Source: Elsinoe ampelina
Lineage: Eukaryota
DNA: 64,000 bases
Direction of reading: 5' to 3'
Assembly (NCBI GenBank): GCA_010093995.1
Contig: ML992502.1
Span: 1,171,001-1,235,000 of the forward strand
Below are positions 11,949 through 23,608 of this stretch, in pieces. Numbering within the stretch: position 1 is the first letter of the stretch; each line of letters opens with the position of its first letter. Under the pieces are notes generated by a model, which saw only the letters and a list, made by a program, of their open reading frames with translations, did not search any database and was not told the origin of the DNA. The position numbers and the translations under genes are program-made.

Positions 11949-13443
11949 CTAGTAGTACGAGCTTCGACTCGCACTATATTCGCGGCCGGTGCCCGGGAAT
12001 GCACCCACTGGCTCTGCTGAACTCCCTTCATCCCCACTGTCATCCTCATCGCCTGTGAAGACTTGCTGGGAAGGATCTACTGGACTTCTCATACTGCTCA
12101 AGATCTCTGGTGCCAGAGTTGGTGGTGTATACGGAGCCGGAGTGTGGTATTCTCGTCCCGATGGCATTTGCGCAAGCAGCGGCTCAAAGGCCGGAATGAC
12201 CTGTACGTTGACCTATGCCTTGTTAGCATCGTGATGTGTCGATGTCCGCGAGCCTTACAGTATCGTTCGACTTGACCCATTTCGCCTCCAACCACTCGAT
12301 GACCCTGGTCTCCTCAAACTTGCCAGCATCCATGCCCCAATCGTCCTTGCCCTTCTCCACTTTCCGATCCTCCCTCTTTTCTGTCCAGCTCTGCTTAAGA
12401 CCTTTGAAACCCTTTCGCTTCCCGCTGTCGTCGTCAGATAGAACACCAAGCTCCCTTTTAGCTCCTCGCAACCACGCGATAGCTTCTCCGGTCTTTCCAG
12501 TGTCCTCAGCGGCGATAGCGAACCATCGAGCGGCTTTGGCTCTTGCCGTCTTCCGAAGATCGTCAACGTATTTGACGAGATCATCATCGATCTTGTTTGA
12601 TCCAAAACCTCCAGACCTAGGAAGCAAGCCTGAAGCTTTCGCAGCATGATCAGCAGCGGCAATGCATATCCTGGCGTAGAGGTTCGCTCTCGTCTTCGGT
12701 ATACTCGGAGCTGAAATCATCCATGACTTGCTGTCCTTGTCTCTGTCATCTGCTACAGCTGCAGCATAAGGATCGTCTTTGAGTGTGACGGTGATGGTTG
12801 CTTCTGCAAGGGCCAGAGATGCGAGAGCTGAAGCAGTGGTAGTGGCGACATCAAGTGGTGGTGTGGCGTCCACCGTCGGGTTGAGTGAAGTGATGTAAGC
12901 ATGTATGCTATATGTATCCAACAAATGCTTCATTGCCGTTGCAAGGAACGAAGCTCGTACTTCCGAGGATGGTGAGATGGTACGTTGTAGCTGAAGCAGA
13001 CTTGATCGAGCCAGGTGACTGTACGTGTATGCTAGTGTCTGGAGCACGAATGCTAGCTCATTACGTAGGCCCTTGACTTTGGCTCGTTGTGGCTCGCGAC
13101 CTGGCACTCCGGCGCTGAGCGTGGTCCTCCATTCTGTGATGAGATCTTTGGTTTCTGTTATGGAGACCTGTACTTGACCTCCATAGCTTGTGATACTTTC
13201 AGCGTCTGGAGCGCTGTGATATATGCTTAACAGATAAGGTAAGTAAGAATTGAGTGCATCTTGTATGACGGCAATGTTCGTGGCTTGTGATGCAGGAGGA
13301 AGTCGTTTGTGTTTCTTCAAAACATCACGAACCAGTGCTCTTTGTGATGTGGCTGTCAAAAGCAGTGAAGGATGGCTGTCGCTCCTGAAAGATGTCGTCA
13401 AGGCTGTTGCAGATGTGGTTGGGAATGTGAATGGGAACGGCAT
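11949..13443 (-). CDS. palC: pH-response regulator PalC (Bro1-like domain); intron 12213-12258
   Basis: N-terminus MPFPFTFPTTS, KDDPY, GEAIAWL, KSNDT|VNVQ..MPSGRE and C-terminal YY, as recalled for PalC. Confidence 0.85.
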
Positions 13444-13806
13444 GGTTCAGTATTGTGATCCATCCAGTCAGGGTGTTGAGATCGGCGAGACAGGGATGGA
13501 ACGCATTCAAGGGGTCAAAGTGTCTAGACTGATCACCCACTGCAATTGGCATGCAATGATGGATGAAATGACAAGAGATGGTGATTTGATGGGAAGCACA
13601 CTTGGAAGAGTCGGTCATGTTTCACGTGCCCCTTGGCTGTCAAAGTCCAAGAAATGGGGTTGAAAGTCACACTTGTAGACCACACGGCACATGATCATCA
13701 AAATGTACTATTTATGGGTATCGCAATGCTCTAAAATAATCCTCTCCCATGCTTGATCGTGATTCCTGTGGCTGGTACACAGTGGTATCCGACCATGCCG
13801 TTCAAC

Positions 13807-14796
13807 CTACTTCTTCCAAGGCATCATCTCTCCTCTCTTCTCGTCCCACCGCAGCGGCTGGCCACTGCCGACATTGTATTGATAATAGTTCTCCGTGCCA
13901 CCCTTGACTAACGCCTTCCGAAATGTAATATTGATCCGCCCCAAATCAGCCTCGCCGCCTTTCCTCTTGGGGATGCTGTGAAGCCACAAGGACTGGGTCT
14001 TGCCACGCATGAGCACCATATCTCCAGAAGCCAAAGGGAGTTTCAGAGGTTTGGTCTCTGGTGGCTCGGCCCCATCTTTGACATTGAATGGCTTGTGCTT
14101 CATAAGAAAGTCTCGTTTGGCACCAAGTGAGAACGAGGCTATAGCCGGATTACTGCCGAGAAAGCGTTCATCGTCGCTGTGGTACGAAATGCTGTCGTTA
14201 CCAGAAGCGTAATAGTTGACAAGGCAGAAGTTATAGGTTTCGCCAGTACTGCCTTCTGTCAAGCGGCGTAAAAAGTCCAGGCATTCGGGAATCGGCCGAG
14301 GACTACATTTGTAGCGGTCTGCTGGAACAGGCAATTTGGCTGTCGTGTCGATCAAGCCACCATCAGGGGTGAATCTGGACGTCTCATCAACTCCGAAGAC
14401 TGTGGTGAATCGCGGCGTGTTGATCTGCGTTTCGACAGGTCCACGCTTAATCTTGTACTGAACACGGTAGAAGAAGAGCTCTTGGCGCAAGAAACGGAAC
14501 AGTGCCTTTTCGATTGCTTTTGGCACGTATGGCTGAAAATAGAGCAGGTCGAGGTCCGGCTGATCGTTGATGACTTTGCCTTCTGCGTCTGGCGCAAAGC
14601 CAAGGGCGTCTATGAGATCTGAAGGCAGATGTGGCACGGGGAAAGGGTAGGTCGCGTGGGATGACACCTTGTCGGATCCTGCCAGCGATTTGTCTGGGTC
14701 GAGTTTCTGCTTCTTGGGTTCGGGCGACTTGAAAAAGCCATCCAGTGTCTGAGTCCTCTTCTTCCCAGCATTCGCTTCCATGGTGGGCGGTTGCAT
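13807..14796 (-). CDS. AlkB-family 2OG-Fe(II) dioxygenase (ALKBH2-like DNA repair)
   Basis: NFCLVNYYASGNDSISYHSDDE (HxD), WLHSIPKR, RINITFR. Confidence 0.92.
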   Translation of the reverse strand: MQPPTMEANAGKKRTQTLDGFFKSPEPKKQKLDPDKSLAGSDKVSSHATYPFPVPHLPSDLIDALGFAPDAEGKVINDQPDLDLLYFQPYVPKAIEKALFRFLRQELFFYRVQYKIKRGPVETQINTPRFTTVFGVDETSRFTPDGGLIDTTAKLPVPADRYKCSPRPIPECLDFLRRLTEGSTGETYNFCLVNYYASGNDSISYHSDDERFLGSNPAIASFSLGAKRDFLMKHKPFNVKDGAEPPETKPLKLPLASGDMVLMRGKTQSLWLHSIPKRKGGEADLGRINITFRKALVKGGTENYYQYNVGSGQPLRWDEKRGEMMPWKK

Positions 14797-15612
14797 ATCA
14801 GGGCCAGGTGGCGCTAGCGGTGTGGTGAAATGAGCCGCCCATGCCGCAGGGAACGGCCTGCAGCTCGTAAATGTGCAGTAGTCCCGTGTGTAAATTTGTC
14901 ACTTGGGAGGAGGGAGGTAGTACAGGACGGGGCGAAGTGCATCTCGCAGAACGACACGAGGTGTTTGAGGAAGAAAAGGCATGGTTCTGACGTCAAGCTT
15001 GCCCAAGTGCATTTCTGGCGTTTCCTCCTCCAATCCTTCTCTTTGTCTCCTTCACTTCGCGCGCAGCAATCATGTCCATCTCGACCTACATAGAATGTGT
15101 CTGCCCCTGCCAATCACGATGGGCTGAGCCTAACTGTGCCTCCACCATGCATAGGAGACATATTCCTGATCGATCCCCACCAACCGGATCCCGTGCCAGA
15201 TTGCAGCTTGTTGCTCTTTCTGCGCCGTAGCGGCACCACGCATGTAACAAGTGCTGTTGATGATTCAAATGCAAATCCCTGTGTAACCGAAGATGATCTT
15301 GAAGTATTCCAAAGTGAAGTGCAGTACTGCCACCGCCAGGGTCTTGGTGCCGTCTTGATCTCAGGTGAGGGTGATGTCCTGCTTCCACCTTCTCCACCTC
15401 ACATTACCCTTCTTCACATGATCCCTTTACAAGTCCGACTATTCTTGGAAGAGGCTGGTCGATGATTCCTCTGTTTCATCGCTCCGTGCCGTCCAGCCAC
15501 CTGCTGCGCATCTCTTCTGTGTGTGACCGTCAAGCACATCTCATCGACTTCGATTCGATACTTTTAATTGCCGCATAGCACACCTCGAACGCTGTCACCG
15601 CCGTCGCCTATC

Positions 15613-17029
15613 ATGAAGGTCCTATACGTCCGTCAGGACTGTCCTCAAGGTTTCAACTTCTACTCATGCGGTAATGGCTTCAGGGGTTGTTGTGGTGTCG
15701 AGCCATGCAATCCAGGATCCACCTGTCCAGAAGAGGAGAGAGCTGCAGGAAGCTCGACAATCAGATCAACTCCCCCTACAACGACAACGAGATCACCACC
15801 TCCACCGACGACAACGAGGGTGACTCTGACAACTCCACCGCCATCAAGGACATCGTCGGATACCGATCCAACATCCTCGACGACTTTGCCCTCCACAGCT
15901 TCATCTAGCGCGTCAACCACCACCTCGTCTTCCGCAAGCACGACAAGTCCCACCACGACATCTGCGACTGCAACATCCACATCAGCTTCTCAACCCGAGA
16001 ATGAGACCCCAGCTCAAGTCGATGGAAGGAAGCCAAACACAGGTCTCATCGCGGGTTCCACGGTTGGAGGTGTCGTGGTCCTCATCATCTTGATCATACT
16101 GCTGTCATGCGTCCTCATTCGCCGCCGCAAGAAGGCCAATGCCATGCATCAAGCAACCCTCCACCGCCGGCAGAGCATGCAACCAATGGAAACTGCGGAC
16201 AAGCAGGGCATCTTCGCGCCTTTCGGTGGTAGGTACAGACAACACGGATCATAGTGCTTGGCTCACATTTGCAGGCTTCTACCGTGGCGTAAAGACCTTT
16301 TATGAAACCCCTGACACCTCGCGCACAGTAACGAACAACGACAAGGCTCCCACAGTCGAGGACGATCCCCTTACTCCCGAAAAGCGCAAGTACCACATCG
16401 TCAACGCCGACCCGTCGCCACTCTCATCTCCCGCATCTCCTCGCTTCCCCTCTACAATCCCCTCCATGAACTCCGACCCCATCCATCTCGACTCCCGCAG
16501 CCTCCACCCCCTCATCGAAATGCCCGACACCTCCCCGAGCACTACCAGCCGCCACAGCTTTAACGGCAGATGGGGCATTCCCCCTCAACAACTCCACGCC
16601 GACTCCCCCACCCTCGGCGTCCTCGGCCCAACAGTCTACAAGCCCTACCGCCCCGCCTCGAGCTCCACCGCAAAATCCACCCCACCCCTGCAACACCCCG
16701 CCAGCCTCAGCCCCGGCATGGGCATGGGAATGGGCACCCACCAACGCAGCTCGAGCGGTAGTGCCTGGGTCGAGATCCAAAACGACACTGGCTCGGCGAG
16801 CAAGGAAAGATCTTCTTCCGAAGCGAGACAGCACGTGATGAGCTGGAACGAGCACACTGCTGCGGCCGCCTTGAGCCCGCCGACGAGCTTGAGCCCGACT
16901 ATGGAGTCGAACACTTGCGTTAGTCCGATCGAGCCGATTGGGCAGGATTCGAAGCTTGGTCATGAGGAGGGGAAGGGGAAGGGAAAGAGGGAGAGTGCGG
17001 ATGCTGAGGGATTGTGGGGGAGGAAGTAG
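15613..17029 (+). CDS. Single-pass membrane protein: Cys-rich N-terminus, Ser/Thr stalk, TM helix, disordered cytoplasmic tail; intron 16229-16274
   Basis: CPQGFNFYSCGNGFRGCCGVEPC, T/S-rich region, IAGSTVGGVVVLIILIILLSCVLIRRRKK. Confidence 0.75.
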
Positions 17030-17413
17030 AGGTGATCGAATGGGATTAAACGGTGGAGGGTGGAAGGTAGCGCTGCTTAGAGGGGGCGGATTTGCTTTGC
17101 GTTTTATACTCCCTTGCTTCGCGTATGGCGTTCGCTCGTCGGCGCTGATGATCATGATGCACATAGTTGAGGTGTAGTAATATTCGAATTTCAAGAAACG
17201 GCTTCAACATGGCACCCTTATACATGCTGTTCGTGAGCGGTGTGTCCAGCATGTAGAATAATCAGGCGAGGACGAGTGAGCGGATGCTCGCAATGTTCTT
17301 GAAGATCTTCCATTCTGGTCGTCTAGTAAGTACTTTTCGCTGCTTTTGCAGTTTGTCGTGATCTTCCTCCCAAACGCCGAACGCTATGCATATGAGATGG
17401 TGGCATACGATGC

Positions 17414-18300
17414 TTAAACGAGCAGAACCCTGTGAAATGTCAGCATCAAGCGTTTTCCCTCACGGTCAGATAGCTTACGCGTTCTACGAAATAGTCAGTA
17501 ATTTGTCCAAAATGCTCGCCAGTCTCAAAACTTACAAGACACCCATCCACCTCTGGATTATTCATAACCTGCGCCCACCTCCCCCAAACCACCTTCCCTC
17601 CCGCCGTCACCATCCCCAACTCACTCACATTCACCTCGATAATCGTCCCCTTCGTCAACACGCCCAACTGCGTATACAACGGATTCTGCGGGTTCTTCTT
17701 GACACTGATAATCGGCAACTGCACCGTCACCCCCAACTCCTTGTGCGTCACATTCGCCTTCTTATACCTCAACCCCATCGGCCTGATGAAGCGCTCATAC
17801 TTGACCGGCCGCCTCGTGAAATCCGGCCCCACAAACGTCGGCTTCGTGATCATCCTCTTCCAACTCTTCTTGGCCGTCTTCTTCCCCGTCTTGACAACCT
17901 TGAACATTTCCTCCTCGCTGATGCCTCGTACCTTTGGCAAGGGCACCGAGAACTTGGCGGCCTTTTCGGCGCGTTTGTTCTTGATGGCGCTGGAGAGGGC
18001 TTTGGCGTTGGTCTGGTTGCTGCGGTCGAGGAGGTAGGACGGGAGGGGCGTGGTGGAGGGTTCGGCGGGTTCGCTGGATTTGACATTGCGTTCTTCGTGC
18101 GCCCGGATGGCTTTCTTCATTTGGATCTTCTCCTTGTGACGCTTCTGCTGGTGCAGTTTGGCGCGCAGACCGCGCAGGTTTTGCGCTTTGTAGGAGGCGT
18201 CATGGCCTTCTCGGGCGATGCGTTTGCGTTTGCGCTCTTCGTGGTCGAGGCGGCGACCGTGTTGCTTGGTGAAGCGTTCCATGTACTCATTTTGAGGCAT
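17414..18300 (-). CDS. NSA2: Ribosome biogenesis protein Nsa2; exons 18300-17536, 17483-17479 (5-nt microexon), 17429-17414
   Basis: [23 protein letters not shown]; splicing restores the conserved end DGCLNAVLLV*. Confidence 0.96.
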
Positions 18301-18509
18301 GGCGAAGGATGTGCCGCTGAGCGGGCTTGGTCGAATCTATGTGTGGTTGTCGTGATAGCGAAAGATCAATCGGTGGAGGGGGCGATATGGCTGGCAGAAA
18401 TCTTGGCATCAGAAAAAATGTTGCCGAGATTCAGCCGACCAGGATGGAGCTCCGCAAAAGTTCATGGGCCTCGAGACAAGCAACATCGTTCGATATTGAG
18501 CAACACACA

Positions 18510-19442
18510 ATGCTATCGCGCTCGCTCCGTCGAGCAGTCCTCGACACGCGATGGTCGCTTCCACCACCATACCTCCTCCCCTGGACGGCTAATCTTACAA
18601 CCACATCTCAACCTACGACCTCATCAACAATCCCTCCAGCCTCCATCTCGAGATCAGAACCCTCAACAGCCGACCAATCTACCCCATCCTCACCTCCAGC
18701 CTCTTCATCCCCAAACCCCGCCGCCTCACAACCAACCTCTCCAAACGCTCCTCGCAATGTGACTCCACCCAGCCCCCTCTCCCCCTCCATCCGCACCCTC
18801 CTCCCCCTCCTCCTCGCCCAACGCCAAATCTACATCAAATCCCACATCCACGCCCGCCCCTATCTCCTCACACAAGGCGACACGCTCCGCCTGCCCTTCC
18901 TCATGCCCGGCGTGCAACCAGGCGACATCCTCCGTCTCGACCGGGCAAGTCTCATCGGGTCACGAGACTTTACTCTCCGCGCGCCAGGGCTGGAACGAAG
19001 AGGGAAGAGCGCGACGGCCGGCACGATTAGGGTGGGAGAGGGGGATATGAGGGCCGCTGTTGCTGACAGGGCGTGGAGGGAGAGGGCGATGTTGGGGCGG
19101 ACGGGGGCGGAGGGGAAGGGCGAGGGGGTGGAGATGATCAGTGGACCGCAGGGAGACGGGGGCGAGGGGGAGAGTCAGGTGGTCGCGACGGGGAAGCAGC
19201 CTCCTGAGCCGTTCGTGTCGCATCTTGCCAAGGGGAGGGTGTCGTATTTGGATTCGAGGCTGTTTGTGTGTCGGGCTGTGGTCATGGGGACGGAGAGCGA
19301 GCCGATGCGTGTCATGGAGAAGACGAAGCGGAGACAGAGGCACACGAGGCATGTGAAGAGTAAGCACCGGTACACGGTGTTGAAGATCAAGGAGTTGCGG
19401 GTGAAGAGCGTGGAGGAGATAGAGAGTGTAAAGCAGGATTAG
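18510..19442 (+). CDS. Mitochondrial ribosomal protein bL21m (yeast MRPL49-like)
   Basis: Arg-rich presequence; HIHARPYLLTQGD, IGSRDFTL, KTKRRQRHTRHVKSKHRYTVLKIKEL. Confidence 0.88.
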   Translation: MLSRSLRRAVLDTRWSLPPPYLLPWTANLTTTSQPTTSSTIPPASISRSEPSTADQSTPSSPPASSSPNPAASQPTSPNAPRNVTPPSPLSPSIRTLLPLLLAQRQIYIKSHIHARPYLLTQGDTLRLPFLMPGVQPGDILRLDRASLIGSRDFTLRAPGLERRGKSATAGTIRVGEGDMRAAVADRAWRERAMLGRTGAEGKGEGVEMISGPQGDGGEGESQVVATGKQPPEPFVSHLAKGRVSYLDSRLFVCRAVVMGTESEPMRVMEKTKRRQRHTRHVKSKHRYTVLKIKELRVKSVEEIESVKQD

Positions 19443-19571
19443 ATATCGGAAAGCAGGAAAGGGGAATTGTATCATATGCATAGAGCAACCTGCTCGATAT
19501 CTAGACCCGCGTTGCATCGCAGCAGAGTAACGCCATCGCCATGCTTAGCCATCCATCATCACCACCCAGAT

Positions 19572-20813
19572 CTAATGCACCATGTTTTCCGCGTAGAACT
19601 CCGGCTCACTCGCCTGTATCATAGTCGTCACCCTCTCCACCTCCTCAGCCAATCTCCTCACATTATCATCCCAGACTCCCCTCTCCCCTGCCCCAGCCCC
19701 ATTGGCCCTCCCCCTCCCCTCGCTCTCAAACCAAATCAAACCCTCAATCTGATCGATCCACCCCTTCAGCCGCCCCTGCTCAATCATCTGCGCAGCATAC
19801 ACCTCCGCCCTCTCCTCATCCACCCCCAACATACCACCCAGCTGTCCCACGCCAATATTGCGGTACAACCTGCTCGCGGCAAGAAGGTTATGCTCCAACA
19901 CCGCCTTATCCAACACCGTACTCCCGTCACTCGTCAACGCCAACTGGTGCGGCTGCAACTTCTTCGCGAACGCAGCCACTTCGTCAGCCCTCAGCACGCG
20001 ATCGAGGAAAATCTTCTCCAGGATCCCATGCTCCTCGATCTGCGCGGCTCGTTCGTCGCGGAACAGGCGCGAAAGCTGCTGCGTGCGCTGCGGCCCGGCG
20101 GGGGTCAGGATAGCGCACGTCACTGCCGCGGAGAGGGCTTGCAGGCGCTCGTCCTCGTCGATGACGGTTTCCTGGCTGATGGTGTAGTAGGTCCTGCTTG
20201 CGTCGGAGAAGTTGCGTTGGGAGTCGGAGATGCGGGCTTGCGACAGTTGGAACTGGAGACGGGTGGCGGTGGAGGTGACGCCGTGGATGACGTTTTTGAT
20301 GCGGTTGAGGTAGGTGAGGGCCGAGGTGGGGTCGTCTTCTTCGAGGTAGCACCGCGTGATGCGGATCCAGGTGGCGGCTTTGTCGTCGTCCGAGACGGAG
20401 CGTTGGGAGGAGTCGAGGGTGATGGTTTGTAGGACTTTTGCGGAGGAAGTGAAGTCTTCGTTGGATTCGTGGGCGTCGGCGAGGATGAACTTGATGGCCG
20501 TGTCTTGTTCTTCGAAGGAGACGACTTTGGGGGCGAGCACGTCTAGGACTTGGGTGCCAACGGCGATGCGGGTTTCAGCGTTGGGTATGCTGCGGAGCTT
20601 GGTGACGAAGTTATTCATGAGAGACCGTGAGGTGACGATGCCGACTGATTCGGCGAGGATAGCACGGCAGTAGGCGACTAGCTCAGTGGCGATGCGGTCT
20701 TCTGGGATCTCAGCCAGCATCTTGTCGAGCAGCTCTGTGTAGCCAGCATTCTTTTGCGCTGGTGGAGCACTTTCCAGCGCATGCAGACGTTCTGCGACAA
20801 AAGAGACAACCAT
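19572..20813 (-). CDS. CSN4: COP9 signalosome subunit 4 (PCI domain)
   Basis: SFEEQD, PAGPQR, EHNLLAASRLYRNI, MIEQGRLKGWIDQIEG. Confidence 0.93.
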   Translation of the reverse strand: MVVSFVAERLHALESAPPAQKNAGYTELLDKMLAEIPEDRIATELVAYCRAILAESVGIVTSRSLMNNFVTKLRSIPNAETRIAVGTQVLDVLAPKVVSFEEQDTAIKFILADAHESNEDFTSSAKVLQTITLDSSQRSVSDDDKAATWIRITRCYLEEDDPTSALTYLNRIKNVIHGVTSTATRLQFQLSQARISDSQRNFSDASRTYYTISQETVIDEDERLQALSAAVTCAILTPAGPQRTQQLSRLFRDERAAQIEEHGILEKIFLDRVLRADEVAAFAKKLQPHQLALTSDGSTVLDKAVLEHNLLAASRLYRNIGVGQLGGMLGVDEERAEVYAAQMIEQGRLKGWIDQIEGLIWFESEGRGRANGAGAGERGVWDDNVRRLAEEVERVTTMIQASEPEFYAENMVH

Positions 20814-21461
20814 TGTAAGCAGTTATACTGGAAATTGGAGGAGTAAAAGCGATGTTGGGAGAGTGGATGAGGCGTGAGTGTTGTAGTTGATGCGGCTCTG
20901 GCGGGTGGAGCTTCAGATGGATGTCGAGCTCTTTATCGATAAGATCAGAGTGGTATGTGAAGCAGAGCTACTTGCAAAGCAATATTTCACTTGAAAGCAT
21001 TACTTTGGTGTAGACTGCAACCATGGACATGGTAGACACTGTCTCCGACCTTGTGAAGGAAGTGGTATCTAGTGCTCACAGGTGAGAAATCAACAAGTTC
21101 ACGAGTATCAGTGATCGCAAACAAGGCAGAGTGTTCAGAATGTCATCTCATTGCTCCATCGAGTAATTGCTAATCGCTAGCTACCAAACAGAGCTCAAGA
21201 GTAGGAAAAGTACATATCGTAGCACAAGCCCTGCTGCCAATCCCGAGCATGCATGCTATACTAGTACAAGTAGTGGTGATCAAAAGTCGCAGGGGTATCT
21301 ATGAAGACCGATGGTCCCGTTCGTCGTGCGTCGTCAAGTCTTGTCGAGCTCTTATGCTGGACAGATCAAGGTGATAGAGAGTAAAGATGCAAGGTAAGCG
21401 CCGAGGAGGTCTGGCGCTACGGCAATGTGCCGAAGAAGCAAAGAGTCAAGCACCTGACAGC

Positions 21462-22256
21462 CTAGTCGTCCCCATCGTCATCGTCATCGTTGTCACTGTT
21501 CTTTGCCTTTTTCGAAACGCCATTCGTCTCGTGGTCTTCCCTTGATCTCTTAGTGCCGCTGTTGGACGCGCCATCTGATTTGCTGTCATCCCCATTCTCT
21601 TTCCCTTCGTTCTTGGCCATGGCGGCGACCTCGTCCGCGGTCAAGAATCGTCCTCCGGGTCCTCTAGGCCTCCGCATCGCGTGGGCGTGACGCGACTCGT
21701 GCAGGTACGGCTTTCGACCCTTGGATGTCAACCTTAGAACTTCTTCGAGCTTTTGTCGCGCTGTTCTTCGCTTGAGGATCCGATGGAACTGTTTGGCGTT
21801 GACATAAAGTGGTGTCTCGTCCCCTCCTCCGCTGGGCTCGACGTGTTGCTGTGCCGGCTGTTGCTGCTGCGCGGCTTGAGGCGCTGCAGATGGCCGTCCC
21901 ATGTTCGCAACCTGAGGGCTGCTGACCGAACTCATCCGACGCGCATCAGGTATCGCCTGTGGTAGGGACACTGGTGGCATGCCCATCATGTGTCCTTGCG
22001 AGGGAGATCGCGGGGTTTGTCTGTCCGCTTGCGCTTGAGGCGGCGGTGCGCCATACGGGTAGCCACCGGCAGCGGCGGCAGTGGCCATGGCAGCAGCATG
22101 GCTCTGGTGGCTCATGTAGGGAGCCTGCATTGGCTGGTAATGTGGTGGGTAGACGCCCATGGGAGGTTGGGCAGGGAATTGTCCTTGCTGATTTATTACT
22201 GGGGAGACTTGGTTATAGCCAGAGTGGGCGTGATGGGTCTGGTGTCCGTACTCCAT
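21462..22256 (-). CDS. hapB: CCAAT-binding complex subunit HapB/Hap2 (NF-YA); probable 5' UTR intron 22278-22375
   Basis: [16 protein letters not shown] and [25 protein letters not shown]. Confidence 0.95.
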   Translation of the reverse strand: MEYGHQTHHAHSGYNQVSPVINQQGQFPAQPPMGVYPPHYQPMQAPYMSHQSHAAAMATAAAAGGYPYGAPPPQAQADRQTPRSPSQGHMMGMPPVSLPQAIPDARRMSSVSSPQVANMGRPSAAPQAAQQQQPAQQHVEPSGGGDETPLYVNAKQFHRILKRRTARQKLEEVLRLTSKGRKPYLHESRHAHAMRRPRGPGGRFLTADEVAAMAKNEGKENGDDSKSDGASNSGTKRSREDHETNGVSKKAKNSDNDDDDDGDD

Positions 22257-22332
22257 GGCTGGCGACGTGAAGTGATCCTGGTCGGGTCAGTACAGGTCGT
22301 GACTATTTGCTTGAAGCTTGCGGGTGAAGCTC

Positions 22333-22592
22333 ATTGGTGAAGTGCGGCGCAAGGATGATTTAGCAAAGGACTTACCGCGTCGCGAAAAGAGGCGGTGAGG
22401 ACGAATCAAATGCAGGCGCGACCGAGGCGGCAGCAGCGGTGGATGCGGGTCGTCTTGCGACGACGACCTGCAGATGTGTCGTTGTAGTATGTGATGGTAT
22501 TGCTCAAACGCGCACAGTCTCGCGCGCGGCAAGGATTCCAGGTAGACAAGATGATTGGGCAGGAGGATGAGGCGTTGTTATTGGGTGATTGG
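22333..22592 (-). promoter_or_regulatory. Cluster of four CCAAT boxes upstream of the hapB CDS
   Basis: ATTGG on + at 22333, 22554, 22580 and 22588 (two are CCAATC). Confidence 0.5.
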
Positions 22593-23608
22593 AGCGAGAA
22601 GGAAAGACAAATGAGAAGAGGGAAAGGGCGGGTGCACCCTCTGCAGAGAAAAGCTTGGACCCTTGATTCCAAAGCCGCTTGGAATCGTGCGCTGTTGCGA
22701 GCTTCTCATGTGCAAGTCATGCGCTGGCACGGGCACTTTACAGTCCAGGCACAAGTCCTGACAGCCAGCGAGGCTTTCAGTGTCACCTCATGCCGCCAGA
22801 GGAAATTGAGCGACACGCTGCCTGCTCAGCCGAGGGCTTTGTGAAGCATTTCAGCTCCAGCCGGACCGATCGAGTGGCCGAATTCGACTTCCTGATCCGG
22901 ATCAGCGTGGGCGAACCAGTGACCGCCATCATCTGTGCTCTGCATGAGAGATGCCTTTGCGCATCTTTTCCATGCATGTGTCGGTGCCTGTTCTATCACC
23001 TTCACCAGTGACACGGAAGAATACACCGCCCATGTCACTGTCACTAGCCCAGCCCTCCCACGTCGGACGCCGCCGTGGCCCTCAGTTCTGGAAGAGCTTT
23101 AATTAAGGTCCCACGTCTTGGCTGAGGTCTTAAGATCCAGGAAAGACCCTGTCGTCATCAGTTGGAAGCATGATCTTCAGACACCACACATGTGGGCGGG
23201 TCTGTGCCTGAGGGATCAACTTGCAGCGCCCGATACGACAGCAGGAATGCAAGTGCTGACTTGCTGCACGGCTGCTGCCCCGCTGCATCAATCGTGCGGC
23301 TGGAACTGCCATTGTCACATGAGTTCTGCCGAAGTTGGACCGGCAGATTTCCAATGCTGACATGAGCATTGAGCCAAGCCAGAACTTCACACGGCTCGGT
23401 CCCTGCTAGCCCAGCCAATGACATATTCCTCCACGGTCTGGACGTTGGGTGACAAGTGCTTGACAATCCCTTTGCAAGCACAAGGTAACTTCAGCTAAAG
23501 TGCATCTCCTTTTTTGAAGCAACTAGTATATTCTTATGTTTTCCTTGCGACCGATCAGGAAGACTACCAGACTGCTCAATTCCTATAAGAGTGGGTGATA
23601 GACACTTC

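Noticed and set aside
13632..13637. PacC site (GCCAAG) upstream of palC
   Set aside because: A single hexamer is expected by chance
17386..20432. Long + strand ORFs 17386-18762 and 19467-20432
   Set aside because: Antisense shadows of NSA2 and CSN4 caused by skewed GC-rich codon usage
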